64,000 nt of DNA from an uncultured Verrucomicrobiae bacterium. GTDB lineage: Bacteria > Verrucomicrobiota > Verrucomicrobiia > Chthoniobacterales > SZAS-18. The DNA is taken from the NCBI GenBank assembly GCA_963811545.1, contig CAWERT010000014.1:62635-126634 (forward strand), written 5' to 3'. Both the position numbers and the translations under genes were made by a program. The notes beneath the pieces were generated by a model. It was not told the origin of the DNA. It worked only from the letters and a program-made list of their open reading frames with translations, and did no database searches. Of the stretch, positions 41,677 through 52,543 are shown piece by piece. Positions within the stretch are counted from its first letter, which is position 1; each line of letters starts with the position of its first letter.

Positions 41677-44055
41677 ATGAAGCTCTCTCTGAAATGGTTG
41701 CGCGATTACGTCGATTACGACGGAACGCCCGACGAATTGGCCCATTTGCTCACTTTCGCGGGGGTCGAGGTCGAGGGCGTCCACACCCACGGCGTGGCCA
41801 TTGATCAGGTCGTGGTCGCCGCCATCCTCGACTCGAAACAGCACCCCAACGCCGATCGGTTGAGCGTCTGCCACGTCGACGACGGCTCGGGCCAGGCCCC
41901 GCGGCAGATTGTCTGCGGAGCGAAGAATTACCAGGTGGGCGACAAGGTGCCGCTGGCGCTGCCGGGCGCGGTGCTGCCGGGCGACTTCAAGATCAAGGCG
42001 GGCAAGCTGCGCGGCGAAGCCAGCGAAGGCATGATGTGCAGCGCCAAGGAGCTGGGCCTGGGCGATGACCAAAGCGGCCTGCTCATCCTTCCGCCGGAAA
42101 GCCGACTGGGCGCGCCCATCTCGGAGATTTTTCCGCCGGAGACGATTCTCGAGATCGAGGTCACGCCCAACCGGCCCGATTTGCTTTCGCATGTCGGCGT
42201 GGCGCGTGAAATCGCCGCACTGACCGGCCGGAAGCTGAAGCCACCCACGATCACGCGGGAGACCGCCGCCGGCGGCGATGCGCAACTCACGGTCACCATC
42301 GACGCGGACGCACGAGCCGGCTGTCCGTTCTACACGGGAACGCGAATCGACGGCGTGAAGGTCGGCCCGAGTCCGGCGTGGCTGCGCGAGCGGCTCGCCT
42401 CGATCGGACTTCGGCCCATCAACAACATCGTCGATGTGACGAACTACGTGATGTTCGAGCTGGGCCGGCCGTTGCATGCGTTCGACGCGGCCAAGGTGGG
42501 AGGCGGAGGCATTCGCGTGCGACTCGCCGCGGCCGGCGAGGAACTCAAGGCGCTGGACGGCAAGACCTACAAGCTCTCGGCCGATCAAGTGGTGATTGCC
42601 GATGCGACCGGCGTGGGCAAAGCGCTCGGCGGCGTGATGGGCGGAGAGGAATCGGGCGTCACCGACGCGACGACCTCGATCATTTTGGAGTGCGCCTATT
42701 TTCAGCCGGCCTTGATTCGCCGGACTTCCCGCGAAACAGGCTTGAGCAGCGATTCGAGTTACCGGTTCGAACGCGGGGTCGATCCCGACGGCGTGGTCGC
42801 CGGCGCGCGACGGGCCATTGAACTCATCGTGCAGGTGGCGGGCGGCAAGGTGCATCCGATGGTGCAGGCCGGTGATCTGTCCGCATTGATCAAATCCTTT
42901 GAAATCCCACTCCGGCCGGAGCGCACGCGCGCCATCCTCGGCATCGAGGTGCCGGTGGAAAAGGTCGACCAGATTCTCACCGCGCTGGGACTGACCAAGT
43001 CCGCGCAGGGCTGGCGGGCGCCGAGTTACCGCGGTGATTTGCAGCGCGAGGCGGATTTGATCGAGGAAATCGCCCGGGTGGTCGGGCTCGAGGCGGTCCC
43101 CGGCCGCGCGATTGGCCGCGCCACGCCGGCGTCGGAGGTGGATCGCGAGTACGACGCGCGCCTGGCGCTGCGTCGCCGGCTGGCGGGGCTCGGCTTCCAC
43201 GAAGCGCGCAATGTTTCGCTGGTCAGCCGGCGCGACCTTGCCTCGGTGAATAACGCCCCGATGTTGAAAAATCCGCTGAGCGAGGATCAGAATGCGCTGC
43301 GGCCGAGCCTGCTGCCCGGCCTGCTGCAGGTGGCCGCCCGCAACGCGCGCGCCGGGCGCGCCGATCTGCGACTCTTCGAAGTGGGCCGCGTCTTCGATCA
43401 AGCGCTCGCGCTTGGTGTGCGCGAACCGGTCAGGCTCGCCTTGTTGATAACGGGAGCGGCGACACTTTCCTCGTGGCGCGGCGGCAGCGAGCGCACGCTC
43501 GATCTGGCCGACTTGCGCGGCGTGCTCGAATCGCTCGTCGAGGGCACCGGAGGCAAAGTGGAATTTGTCCGCGCCGAACACGCGGACTTCGCCCTGGCGG
43601 TCGCCGTGCTGCTGGACGGCAATTCGATCGGTCGCGCGGGACAGCTTGCGCCGGCGGCGGCCGCCGCGCTGGATCTGCGCGCGCCCGTGCTGGTGGCGGA
43701 GGTGGAGGCCGACGTTTTCCATGCGGCGGCGCCGACGGAGTCGCGCTTCACGCCGCTGCCGCGCTTCCCGGCGGTGACGCGCGACATCGCGCTGGTGGCC
43801 GATCTGGGTTTGCCGCACGCGAAAATCGCCGAGACGGTCGCGGCCGCGCAGGAGCCGCTGCTGGTTTCGGCGGTGCCCTTTGATTTTTTTGTGGATCCGA
43901 GCGGCGCGAAGTTGCCGGCGGACAAGAAGTCCGTGGCATATTCGTTGACTTACCGCGCCGAAGATCGCACGCTCACCAACGAGGAAGTGAACGCGGCCCA
44001 CGCGCGAGTGAAGCAGAAGCTGACGGACGCGCTGGCTGTTCAGTTCCGCGAGTAG
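41677..44055 (+). CDS. pheT: phenylalanine--tRNA ligase beta subunit
   Basis: MKLSLKWLRDYVD, tRNA-binding domain HPNADRLSVCHVD...QIVCGAKN, B3/4 and B5 regions, C-terminal FDxxxD...SxAYSLTYR. Intact, 792 aa. Confidence 0.95.
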   Translation: MKLSLKWLRDYVDYDGTPDELAHLLTFAGVEVEGVHTHGVAIDQVVVAAILDSKQHPNADRLSVCHVDDGSGQAPRQIVCGAKNYQVGDKVPLALPGAVLPGDFKIKAGKLRGEASEGMMCSAKELGLGDDQSGLLILPPESRLGAPISEIFPPETILEIEVTPNRPDLLSHVGVAREIAALTGRKLKPPTITRETAAGGDAQLTVTIDADARAGCPFYTGTRIDGVKVGPSPAWLRERLASIGLRPINNIVDVTNYVMFELGRPLHAFDAAKVGGGGIRVRLAAAGEELKALDGKTYKLSADQVVIADATGVGKALGGVMGGEESGVTDATTSIILECAYFQPALIRRTSRETGLSSDSSYRFERGVDPDGVVAGARRAIELIVQVAGGKVHPMVQAGDLSALIKSFEIPLRPERTRAILGIEVPVEKVDQILTALGLTKSAQGWRAPSYRGDLQREADLIEEIARVVGLEAVPGRAIGRATPASEVDREYDARLALRRRLAGLGFHEARNVSLVSRRDLASVNNAPMLKNPLSEDQNALRPSLLPGLLQVAARNARAGRADLRLFEVGRVFDQALALGVREPVRLALLITGAATLSSWRGGSERTLDLADLRGVLESLVEGTGGKVEFVRAEHADFALAVAVLLDGNSIGRAGQLAPAAAAALDLRAPVLVAEVEADVFHAAAPTESRFTPLPRFPAVTRDIALVADLGLPHAKIAETVAAAQEPLLVSAVPFDFFVDPSGAKLPADKKSVAYSLTYRAEDRTLTNEEVNAAHARVKQKLTDALAVQFRE

Positions 44056-44281
44056 GCGGTGTTCTTTCCAACCGAGAATTTCTTAATTTGCCCTGCGGTG
44101 TTCGAGCTCACCGGCCTCAACATCCCGGACCGATAAACACTGAAACAAGGGGGCTTGGGTGGCGCTTTTCAATGACAGGCCTTGACTGGAAGTCAGCGCC
44201 GCGCCACCGGTCACCCGCCGTTCTCAACTGGGAACGGGTAAGCGGCCACTACGGCACCAGCAGGGCATCATCTCAAATGTA

Positions 44282-44360
44282 GATTGCGGAATGCGGAATG
44301 CGGAATTAGGGAGACCCGTGGAGAAGTCATTCCGACTTCCGCATTCAAACTTCCGAATTT
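44282..44360. repeat. gcggaat heptad palindrome
   Basis: gattgcggaatgcggaatgcggaatt ... cattccgacttccgcattcaaacttccgaatt, immediately upstream of carA. Confidence 0.75.
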
Positions 44361-44364
44361 TCAG

Positions 44365-45519
44365 ATGGCACTCCTGGTTCTCGAGGACGGAAAGACTTTT
44401 CACGGCGAGGGATTTGGCGCGCCCGGCACCAAGGTGGGCGAGGTTTGCTTCAACACCTCCATGACCGGCTACCAGGAGGTGCTGACGGACCCGTCGTACT
44501 TCGGCCAAATCGTCGCCATGACCTACCCGCTCATCGGGAACTACGGCATCATCCCCGACGATGACGAAAGCTCGCGGCCGTGGGTCAGCGGTTTCGTCGT
44601 GGAGGAGGCCGCGGAACAGCCGAGCAACTGGCGCTCGGAAAAATCGCTGGGCGATTATCTTACCGACAATGGCATCGTGGGCATCCAGGGCATCGACACG
44701 CGCGCGCTGACCAAGCACCTGCGCGACAAGGGCGCGATGAAGGCCTGCGTGACGAGCGAGCGGATGACGCCGGAGGCGGCCAAGGCGCTCGCGCTGGAAG
44801 GCGCCGGGGTCGTCGGGATGGATTTTGTGCGCGAGGTCTCGACCAAGAATGCCTACGACTGGGATCCGGGCGACAAGCTGAGCGCGGCGTGGCTGCCCAA
44901 GGGCGCGCCGGCCGACGCGCCTCCGCCGCCCGCGTTGCCGTCCATCGAGCATTTCGTCGTCGCCTATGACTACGGACTGAAAATCAACCAGCTCCGCCTG
45001 CTGCGTCAGCACGGCTTCCGCGTGAAGGTCGTTCCCGCCACCACGACGGCGGAGGAAGTCCTCGCGCTGAAGCCGGACGGGATCTTCCTTTCGAATGGTC
45101 CGGGCGACCCGGCCGCGCTCGACTACGCGCACAAGGCCGTGCACGGCCTGCTCGGCAAGAAGCCCATCTTCGGCATCTGCCTTGGCCACCAGATCCTCGG
45201 CCATGCGTTCGGCGGCAAGACCTTCAAGCTCAAGTTCGGCCACCGCGGCGGCAACCAGCCGGTGAAGGATCTGCAGACGGGCAAGGTCGAGATCACCTCG
45301 CAGAACCACGGCTTCGCGGTCGACCCGGAATCGCTCCCGGCCAACGTGGAGGTCACCCACATCAACCTCAACGACGGCACCTGCGAGGGCCTGCGCCACA
45401 AGGAATGGCCGGTTTTCAGCGTGCAGTATCACCCCGAGGCGGCGCCCGGGCCGCACGACGCCGAGCCGTTTTTCGAGCGCTTCCGCAAGCTCATCAGCGA
45501 GACCAAGCAACAAGCCTAA
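44365..45519 (+). CDS. carA: carbamoyl-phosphate synthase small (glutaminase) subunit
   Basis: [39 protein letters not shown], active-site GICLGHQ, HGFAV. Intact. Confidence 0.95.
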   Translation: MALLVLEDGKTFHGEGFGAPGTKVGEVCFNTSMTGYQEVLTDPSYFGQIVAMTYPLIGNYGIIPDDDESSRPWVSGFVVEEAAEQPSNWRSEKSLGDYLTDNGIVGIQGIDTRALTKHLRDKGAMKACVTSERMTPEAAKALALEGAGVVGMDFVREVSTKNAYDWDPGDKLSAAWLPKGAPADAPPPPALPSIEHFVVAYDYGLKINQLRLLRQHGFRVKVVPATTTAEEVLALKPDGIFLSNGPGDPAALDYAHKAVHGLLGKKPIFGICLGHQILGHAFGGKTFKLKFGHRGGNQPVKDLQTGKVEITSQNHGFAVDPESLPANVEVTHINLNDGTCEGLRHKEWPVFSVQYHPEAAPGPHDAEPFFERFRKLISETKQQA

Positions 45520-45624
45520 ATTGCTTGGTGCATCGTCCGCGCGCTCCCGTGCTGGACAAGGCCCGGCGCGAAATTCATGATTTCCCGCCACCCTCCAAGG
45601 GCCAAACGTTTCCGAACCAATCCC

Positions 45625-47616
45625 ATGCGAACCATCCGACTCCCCCGCCCCGCGCTCTTCGCGCTCCTGCTCGCCGCTTTCCTCGCGCCGCTCGCGGCGC
45701 AAGCGGACCTGCCACCGCTCATCTCGCGCGACATTCTCTTCGGCAATCCGCAGCGCACCCGCGCCCGGCTCTCGCCCGACGGCACGCGCCTCGCCTGGCT
45801 GGCGCCGGACGACAAGAACGTCCTGCAGGTGTGGGTCAAGACCATCGGCAAGGACGACGACAAGATGCTGACCGCCGACAAGAAGCGCGGCATCCGCGTG
45901 TTTTTCTGGGCGGAGGACAACAAGACCCTGCTCTTCCAGCAGGACAACGACGGTGACGAGAATTTCCACGTGCTGGGCGCCGATCTGACCACCGGCAACG
46001 TGCGCGATTTCACCGCCATCTCGGGCGTGCGCGCCGGCATCACCGCCACCGACCCGGCGTTCCCGAACGAGGTCCTGGTCGAGATGAACGCGCGCAACCG
46101 CCAGTTGTTCGACGTGTACCGGCTCAATCTCACCACCGGCGCGCTCGTGCCCGACACCGAGAATCCCGGCGACGTGTCCGGCTGGGGCACCGATGCCAAG
46201 ATGCAAGTGCGCGCGGCGCAAATCTCCACGCCCGACGGCGGCACGGAGATCCGCATCCGCGACGACGTGAAGTCGCCCTGGAAAACTCTGCTCAAGGTCG
46301 GGCCCGATGAGATTCTGAATTTCGAGGATTTTTCAGCGGACGGAAAATCGGTGGTGCTGAAGACCTCCATTGGCAATGACACCGCCCGGCTGGTTTCGCG
46401 CGATCTCGCGACGGGCGCGGAAAAAGTCCTGGCGGTCGCGGAAGGGGTCGACGCCGGCGAGGTGCTGATCAATCCGAAAACCCACGTGGTCGAGGCGGTT
46501 TCCTTCTCGCCGGGGCGCACCAGCTGGAAGGTGCTCGAGCCCTCGGTGCAGGCGGATTTTGACGCCATTGCCAAACTGGCGCCGGGCGATTTTCAAGTCG
46601 TGAGCCGGACGGAGAAGGACGACAGCTGGCTGGTGGCGTTCACCTCGGACAAGGGGCCGGCCTCCTATTGGACCTGGGATCGCGGCGCCAAGACGGGCAA
46701 GTTTCTCTTCACCTCACAACCCAAGCTCGAGGGCCTGGCCCTCGCCGAGATGAAGCCGGTGGCGATCAAGTCGCGCGACGGCCTCACCCTCAATGCCTAC
46801 CTCACCCTGCCGGTTGGCGTGCCGCCGAAGAACCTGCCGATGGTGCTCTTCGTGCACGGCGGACCCTGGGCGCGCGACAACTGGGGCTACAATTCCTACG
46901 CGCAATGGTTCGCGAACCGCGGCTACGCGGTGCTGCAGGTGAATTTCCGCGGCTCGACCGGCTATGGGAAGAAGTTCCTCAACGCCGGCAACAAGCAATG
47001 GGGCCTCAGGATGCACGACGACCTGATCGACTCGGTCGACTGGGCCATCAAGGAGGGCATCGCCAATCCGAAGAAGGTCGCCATCATGGGCGGCTCCTAT
47101 GGCGGCTATGCCGCGCTCGCCGGGGTCACCTACACGCCCGAGAAATTCGCCGCGGCGGTCGACATCGTCGGACCCTCGAATCTCAAGACGCTCATCGGAT
47201 CCATCCCGCCGTATTGGAAGCCGATGCGCGCCGCGTTCGACGTGCGCATGGGCAACGTCGATGATCCGAAGGACGCCGAGCTCATCAAGGCGGCCTCGCC
47301 GCTCTTCAAGGCGGACAAGATCGTCCGCCCGCTGTTGATCGGCCAGGGCGCGAATGATCCGCGCGTCAACGTGAAGGAGTCGGAGCAAATCGTCGACGCC
47401 ATCGAGAAGAACAAGGGCAGCGTGACCTACGTGCTCTACCCCGACGAGGGCCACGGCTTCGCCCGGCCGGAAAACCGCATCGACTTCAACGCGCGCGCAG
47501 AGAAATTCCTCGCCCAATACCTCGGGGGCCGCGCCGAGCCAATCACGGGCGAAAAGGTGCCGGGCTCGACCGCGGTGGTAAAGGTGGTCGGCTCCGAGAC
47601 CCCCGTGCGCCAGTAA
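45625..47616 (+). CDS. S9-family serine peptidase (prolyl oligopeptidase / DPP-like) with signal peptide
   Basis: MRTIRLPRPALFALLLAAFLAPLAAQA, a beta-propeller-like N-terminal half, catalytic GGSYGGY, later GANDPRV and DEGHGF. Confidence 0.88.
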   Translation: MRTIRLPRPALFALLLAAFLAPLAAQADLPPLISRDILFGNPQRTRARLSPDGTRLAWLAPDDKNVLQVWVKTIGKDDDKMLTADKKRGIRVFFWAEDNKTLLFQQDNDGDENFHVLGADLTTGNVRDFTAISGVRAGITATDPAFPNEVLVEMNARNRQLFDVYRLNLTTGALVPDTENPGDVSGWGTDAKMQVRAAQISTPDGGTEIRIRDDVKSPWKTLLKVGPDEILNFEDFSADGKSVVLKTSIGNDTARLVSRDLATGAEKVLAVAEGVDAGEVLINPKTHVVEAVSFSPGRTSWKVLEPSVQADFDAIAKLAPGDFQVVSRTEKDDSWLVAFTSDKGPASYWTWDRGAKTGKFLFTSQPKLEGLALAEMKPVAIKSRDGLTLNAYLTLPVGVPPKNLPMVLFVHGGPWARDNWGYNSYAQWFANRGYAVLQVNFRGSTGYGKKFLNAGNKQWGLRMHDDLIDSVDWAIKEGIANPKKVAIMGGSYGGYAALAGVTYTPEKFAAAVDIVGPSNLKTLIGSIPPYWKPMRAAFDVRMGNVDDPKDAELIKAASPLFKADKIVRPLLIGQGANDPRVNVKESEQIVDAIEKNKGSVTYVLYPDEGHGFARPENRIDFNARAEKFLAQYLGGRAEPITGEKVPGSTAVVKVVGSETPVRQ

Positions 47617-47641
47617 CCCGCGCCGCCTGTCGGAAAAATTG

Positions 47642-48236
47642 ATGTCGATCGACCTGCCGCGACTGCGTTGTTCGCGGCAGGACGATCGACGCAGGCGCGG
47701 CGGAGCAGCTGCGGGAAAACACCTCGGGCGAGGCGAGCGCGCAGCGGACCACGCTGCGCGCGTGGTGGGAGCCCGGCGCGTGGCACCTTCGCTTCGAGTG
47801 CGAGGACGCCAGGCCGTGGGCGACGATCACCGAGCGCGACGGCCGGCTCTGGACGGAGGAAGTGGTGGAGGTGTTCTTCGATCCGGTTGGGGATCTCAAC
47901 GCCTATTTCGAGATCGAGGTGAACCCGCGGAACACCGTCTGCGATCTCATCCTGCGCCGCACGCGCAGCGGCTGGCGCAAGTCCTTCGGCTGGCATTGCG
48001 CCGGTCTGCGCACAGCGGTGCGGATCACACCCGGCGGATGGAGCGCGGAATTGCACATTCCGTTTGCCGCGGTGACCAATGATCCGGTGGAAGCGGGCAC
48101 GCGCTGGCGGGGTAATTTTTTCCGCATTGATCGCCCGGGCGGTCCCGGCGGCGCGCCGGAGCTCAGCGCCTGGTCGCCCACGCTGGGGCCGACCTTTCAT
48201 CGGCCGGAGTTTTTTGGGACGATTGAGTTTGTGTAG
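47642..48236 (+). CDS. carbohydrate-binding family 9-like / DOMON-like domain protein, frameshift close to the start
   Basis: TTLRAWWEPGAWHLRFECEDARPWATITERDGRLWTEEVVEVFFDPVGDLNAYFEIEVNP...WSAELHIPFAAV...WRGNFFRID. The frame carrying this has no start codon; the ATG at 47642 is in another frame. Confidence 0.5.
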
Positions 48237-48259
48237 ATCAATCGCTGATCCACGATTTC

Positions 48260-48507
48260 TTAGACAGAATTTACGGAATTTTCAGAATTAACGGAATTTT
48301 CCGAGGGATGAATCTGGTGGAACGCGACCTCCGGGCGCGTTGACAATGGTAGGGACGACTCACCGAGGTCGTCCCAAGCGTGACGGATATGATCTTTCCA
48401 CGAGGCATGGCGCATATCATGGAATGGACCGCTCCATGCCGCAAACTTGGGACGACTCGGCGAGCCTGTCCCTACCTCAAAGACGCGCCCGGAGGTCGCG
48501 TTCCACC
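48260..48507. repeat. nested palindromic element, paralogue of 27309-27557
   Basis: ttagacagaatttacggaattttcagaattaacggaatt; ggaacgcgacctccgggcgcgtt paired with aagacgcgcccggaggtcgcgttcc; ggtagggacgactcaccgaggtcgtccc paired with gggacgactcggcgagcctgtccctacc. Confidence 0.8.
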
Positions 48508-49242
48508 TTACTTCGTTTCCGCTGCCGTCTCCTTCAGCACGACGATGGCGAGGCGGCCGTCGGTGTGCCAGGGATCGCCGCCGCCGTTGCGGCCCGAGCG
48601 GTCCTCGTGAAAATCATCCTCCCAGCGCAATGACTTCACCCGCCCCGCCTTCTGCAAATCACTGATCAGGAAGTCACGCTCCACGTCGATTGCCGGGGCG
48701 ATGTGGTGCGTCACCTGCCCCGTGGTGCGGCTGAGCTCGACGCCCATGTCGTAAATGGCGGCGCCGATCCACACCTCGCGATTCTCGTCGACGCGCTCGG
48801 TGCGCCAAAGGCGGACGTGGTGCCGCTGCTTCGGACTCCCGTCGACCGGCTTCTCGAAGGCCAGGTCCTGCTTGCGGCCGTAGAGAAAGAGGTTGCTCAC
48901 CGGCGCCTGGTCGTCCGGCCGGCGAAAAACCGTGTCGACCGCGATGCGCACGCTCGTTTTGAAGGTGATGGGATCCGCCGGATACCACCCGGCGGCGGTG
49001 AGCGCGCGAACGACATCAGCCTTCGAACCGACCAGCGAGATGTTGAGCGGATCGCCGGGGATGCCGGTGCCCGTGTGCGTCACCCTCGGCTCGTTGCGCA
49101 AATTCGGATGCCGCTGCATGTCGACGCGCCAGATCAGCGGCGCGATGAAATACGCGAACAGCCCGTAGGCGGCCAGCAGACCGAGCAAGAACCAGAGCAG
49201 TCGCAGCCGGTCGTGCCTGGGCGATGAATCGGAAGCGGTCAC
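48508..49242 (-). CDS. LssY-like C-terminal domain membrane protein
   Basis: N-terminal TM LLWFLLGLLAAYGLFAYFIAPLIW, then PLNISLVGSKADVVRALTAAGWYPADPIT...QRHHVRLW...GAAIYD, as in LssY_C proteins. Confidence 0.7.
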   Translation of the reverse strand: MTASDSSPRHDRLRLLWFLLGLLAAYGLFAYFIAPLIWRVDMQRHPNLRNEPRVTHTGTGIPGDPLNISLVGSKADVVRALTAAGWYPADPITFKTSVRIAVDTVFRRPDDQAPVSNLFLYGRKQDLAFEKPVDGSPKQRHHVRLWRTERVDENREVWIGAAIYDMGVELSRTTGQVTHHIAPAIDVERDFLISDLQKAGRVKSLRWEDDFHEDRSGRNGGGDPWHTDGRLAIVVLKETAAETK

Positions 49243-49322
49243 AAATGGGTGGGGCTGTCCGGCCGAGGCGATGCCGGTGAAACGACATCCGGTCGGCGAC
49301 GGCCTTGGGAGCGGAGCGGCGG

Positions 49323-50394
49323 CTACTTCTTTCCCTCGTCGTCCTTCTGGTCGTGATCGTGCTTGTGATGCTTGTCGTTGCCGCGGTGATGCTCGTCGTC
49401 ATCCACATCCAGCACGAGGCCGGAGGCGCCGGCCTTGGTGCCCTCGCGTTTGGCCAGGTCGGCCATCAAGCCCTCGTCCGTGAGATCGAGCGCCTTGGAA
49501 TTTTCCCAGTCCTCCTCGGCCACCTTGCGCAGCCGCTTCACCACCTCTTCGTCGTGAATCTCGATGGCCAGCTCGCGGCGATCGTCAAAGCTGCCCGGCG
49601 CCAGGTTGATCGATCCGACGATGGCCCGCTCGTGATCGGCGAGCAGCATCTTGCCGTGCAGCCGGAGCTTCTTGAGCTTGTGAATCTTGATGCCGACGTC
49701 GGACATGATGCGCAATCCGCCGACGCCTTCGATGAGCTTTTCCTTCTTCAGGGTGTGGGGCGGCCGCGCCATGACGTGGACCTTGACGCCGCGCACGGCG
49801 GCCCGCACGAGGCGCTCGATAATCACCGCGTCCTGGTAGCGCTCGTTCTGCACGAAGAGCGTGTGCTTCACGTTGTCGATGAAATGCGCCACGCGCTCGC
49901 GGCCGTTGTAGCGGCACCAAATCAGGTGGGAGTCGGCGGGCGGCTTGAACTCCTTGCGCTGCCAGTCCGCCTCGAAGCAGTCGAGGATCTCCTTCGCCTC
50001 CGCCGGATGATCCGTGATGATGGCGTAGTCCCGCGTCTCGTTGAGGTTTTCCGTGACCCAGTTCAGCGACTTGATGAAGGCCGACTCGCCGTCGACGACC
50101 ATCGACTTCTCGTGCGTCAGGCCGAATTCCGGATTGCTGTCCTTCACCTCGATGCCGGCGGCCTGCAGCAGCTTGCGGCTGTCGGCGTTGTCGTCGTCGC
50201 CGTTGCGGCGCGCGGGATTGAGCATCACCTGCACATCGACCCCGCGTCTGCTTGGCGGCGATGACCGCCTTCAGCAAGTCCGGATCGGAAAAGACGAACA
50301 TCTTGATCCGCAGCGATTTCTTCGCGCCGTTGATGGCGTCGATGATCGGCTTCGAGGTGTCATCGGGAAGGATGACGACGGAACGGGAGGACAT
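49323..50394 (-). CDS. phospholipase D-family protein (two HKD motifs), one frameshift near 50245, with a His/Asp/Lys-rich tail
   Basis: HKD 1 is LTHEKSMVVDGESAFIKSLN and HKD 2 is RLHGKMLLADHERAIVGSINL. N-terminus MSSRSVVILPDDTSKPIIDAINGAKKSLRIKMFVF. Tail DDDEHHRGNDKHHKHDHDQKDDEGKK. Confidence 0.85.
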
Positions 50395-52249
50395 GGGGCG
50401 TGAGTCGGCGGTTGAAATGCGAGCGGCTGAAATCAGGTTGCCGTGTTCGGCGGCGGGCGCCGCGGGGGCGGCGGGCTCGGCGGGCGGGGCGGCCTGCGTG
50501 CCCCAAAGCTCGGCGTAAATGCCGCCCTTTGCGACCAATTCATCGTGCGAGCCCTCCTCGGCCACGTAGCCGCCCTTGAGCACGAGAATCTTGTCGGAAT
50601 CGCGAATGGTGCTGAGGCGGTGCGCGATCGTCACGACCGTGCGGCCCTTCATCAGGCGCTCGAGGGCCTCCATGACCAGTTTTTCCGACTCGGTGTCGAG
50701 CGCCGCGGTCGGCTCGTCGAGCATGAGAATGGGCGAGTTGCGCACGACCGCGCGGGCGATGCCGATGCGCTGGCGCTGGCCGCCGGAAAGCGTGGAGCCC
50801 CGCTCGCCGACCATCGTGTCGTAGCCGTGCGGCATGCGCCCGATGAACTCGTCGGCGTTGGCGAGCCGGGCGGCCTCGATGATCTCGTCCTCCGTCGCGC
50901 CGGCCTTTCCGTAGGCGATGTTTTCCCGGATGGTGCCGCGGAACAGCACGGTCTCCTGCAGCACGAAGCCGATCTGCGCGCGCAGTCCGCCCAGCTTGTA
51001 ATCGCGCACGTCGACGCCGTCGAGCGTGACGCGGCCGCCGGTCACATCGTAAAAGCGCGGGATCAGGCTCATGACGGTCGACTTGCCGCCGCCGGTCGGT
51101 CCGACCACGCCGATGCGCTGGCCCGGCTTGATCGTGAAGTTCACGTCGCGCAGCACGATGGTCTCGGCGTTGTAGGCGAAGGCCACGTGCTCGAAGGCGA
51201 TCTCGCCGCGGATCATGCCCGGCGTGCGCGCGTCCGGCTTTCTCCGGAATGATCGTGTCGGTGTCGAGAATCGCGCGGACGCGCTCGAGGCCGACCGCCG
51301 TGGCCGCGATGGTGTTGGCCATCTTGGCCAGATCCTGCACCGGCTTGAAGAACTGCTTGAGGTACGCCAGGAAGACCGTCAGCGAACCGACCGTCATGGC
51401 GCCGGCGAGAATGAGCGAACCGCCCCGCCACATCACGAAGGCGGTGCAGAACGACACGGTCAGGCCCACGATGGGCGAAAGGAGCGACTTGATGCGCCGG
51501 GCCTTGAGCGACGCCGCCACGATGTCGAGGCTGACCTCGCCGAGGCGCTTCTCTTCCAGTTCCTGGCGGCCGAAGGCCTTGACCGCGCGCATCGACTCGA
51601 GCCCCTGCGTCACGACCGCCACCATGTCGCTCTGATTTTTCCGGACTTCGTGCGTGGCTTTCTTCACCGCCTTCTTGAAGCGGGAGACAAACCAAAGCAG
51701 GAAGGGCGTGACGCTCACCGCCACCAGCGCGAAGTCCCAGTTCAGCCACAGCATGATGACCAGGATGCCGACGATGGTCAGCATATCGATCAGCATGGCG
51801 AGCGTGGTGGACGACGCGAACGACTGAATCGTGGCGACGTCCGCCGTGATCGTGCTGAGCATCGAGCCGGTCTGATGCGTGTCGTAATAACTCAGCGAGA
51901 GCCGCTCGAGGTGATGATAGACGCGCTTGCGCAGATCGTTCGCGACCCACTGCCCCACGCTCTCGGTGTAATAATTGTCGATGTAGGTCGCGATGCCGCC
52001 GACGAGCGCGATCAGGATGATGGAAACGCCGGCCCAGATCGCGAGGCCCTGCTTGGTGTCGCCCATCGGCAAGTCCTGCACCCAGGCCAGCCACTCGGGC
52101 ATCTTGTGGGTGCCGACCACATTGTCGATGACCACCTTCAGCGGCCACGGGGCGAGGAGGGTCATGCCGGTTTCCACCAGCATCGCCAGGAAAACAATGA
52201 TGAGCCACTTCTTGTACGGGCGCACCATTTCGGTGACGAGGCTGAGCAT
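50395..52249 (-). CDS. MsbA-like ABC exporter (fused TMD-NBD), one frameshift near 51215; no in-frame stop before the PLD start
   Basis: Six-TM domain (MLSLVTEMVRPYKKWLIIVFLAML...), Walker A GPTGGGKST, signature LSGGQRQRI, Walker B ILMLDEPT. The frame continues ...GGIYAELWGTQAAPPAEPAAPAAPAAEHGNLISAARISTADSRP directly into MSSRS of the PLD gene. Confidence 0.85.
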
Positions 52250-52543
52250 GGTCTGACCCGGCTTGCCCGCCTGCGTTCGCGGCGGAAGCGTCCAGCATGG
52301 CCACCCGTCCGGTTTCGGCCGCGAGATCCTTGCCTGGTTCGATGTGGCTCATGGGGAGAAAATTTGGTGGCCGCGAGGAAGTTTTTTGGCGGCCACAAGT
52401 CCTAGAACCCCGCCGCCCCAAGTGTCAAGACGCTGCATCTCGCGGCGGCAGGATCTGCGCAATTTGGCCATGGCAGGCGGTTCCACCCGCCCCCTTGAAC
52501 CAATCCGCTTGCGTCCACCGCCGGCCCGCGGCGAGGCTGGAGC

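Noticed and set aside
41389-44001. 870-aa ORF antisense to pheT; similarly 44224-46221 antisense to carA and the S9 peptidase, and 9188-10189 antisense to the beta-helix gene
   Set aside because: Same reasoning: low-complexity Arg-rich translations opposite genes with unambiguous family signatures.
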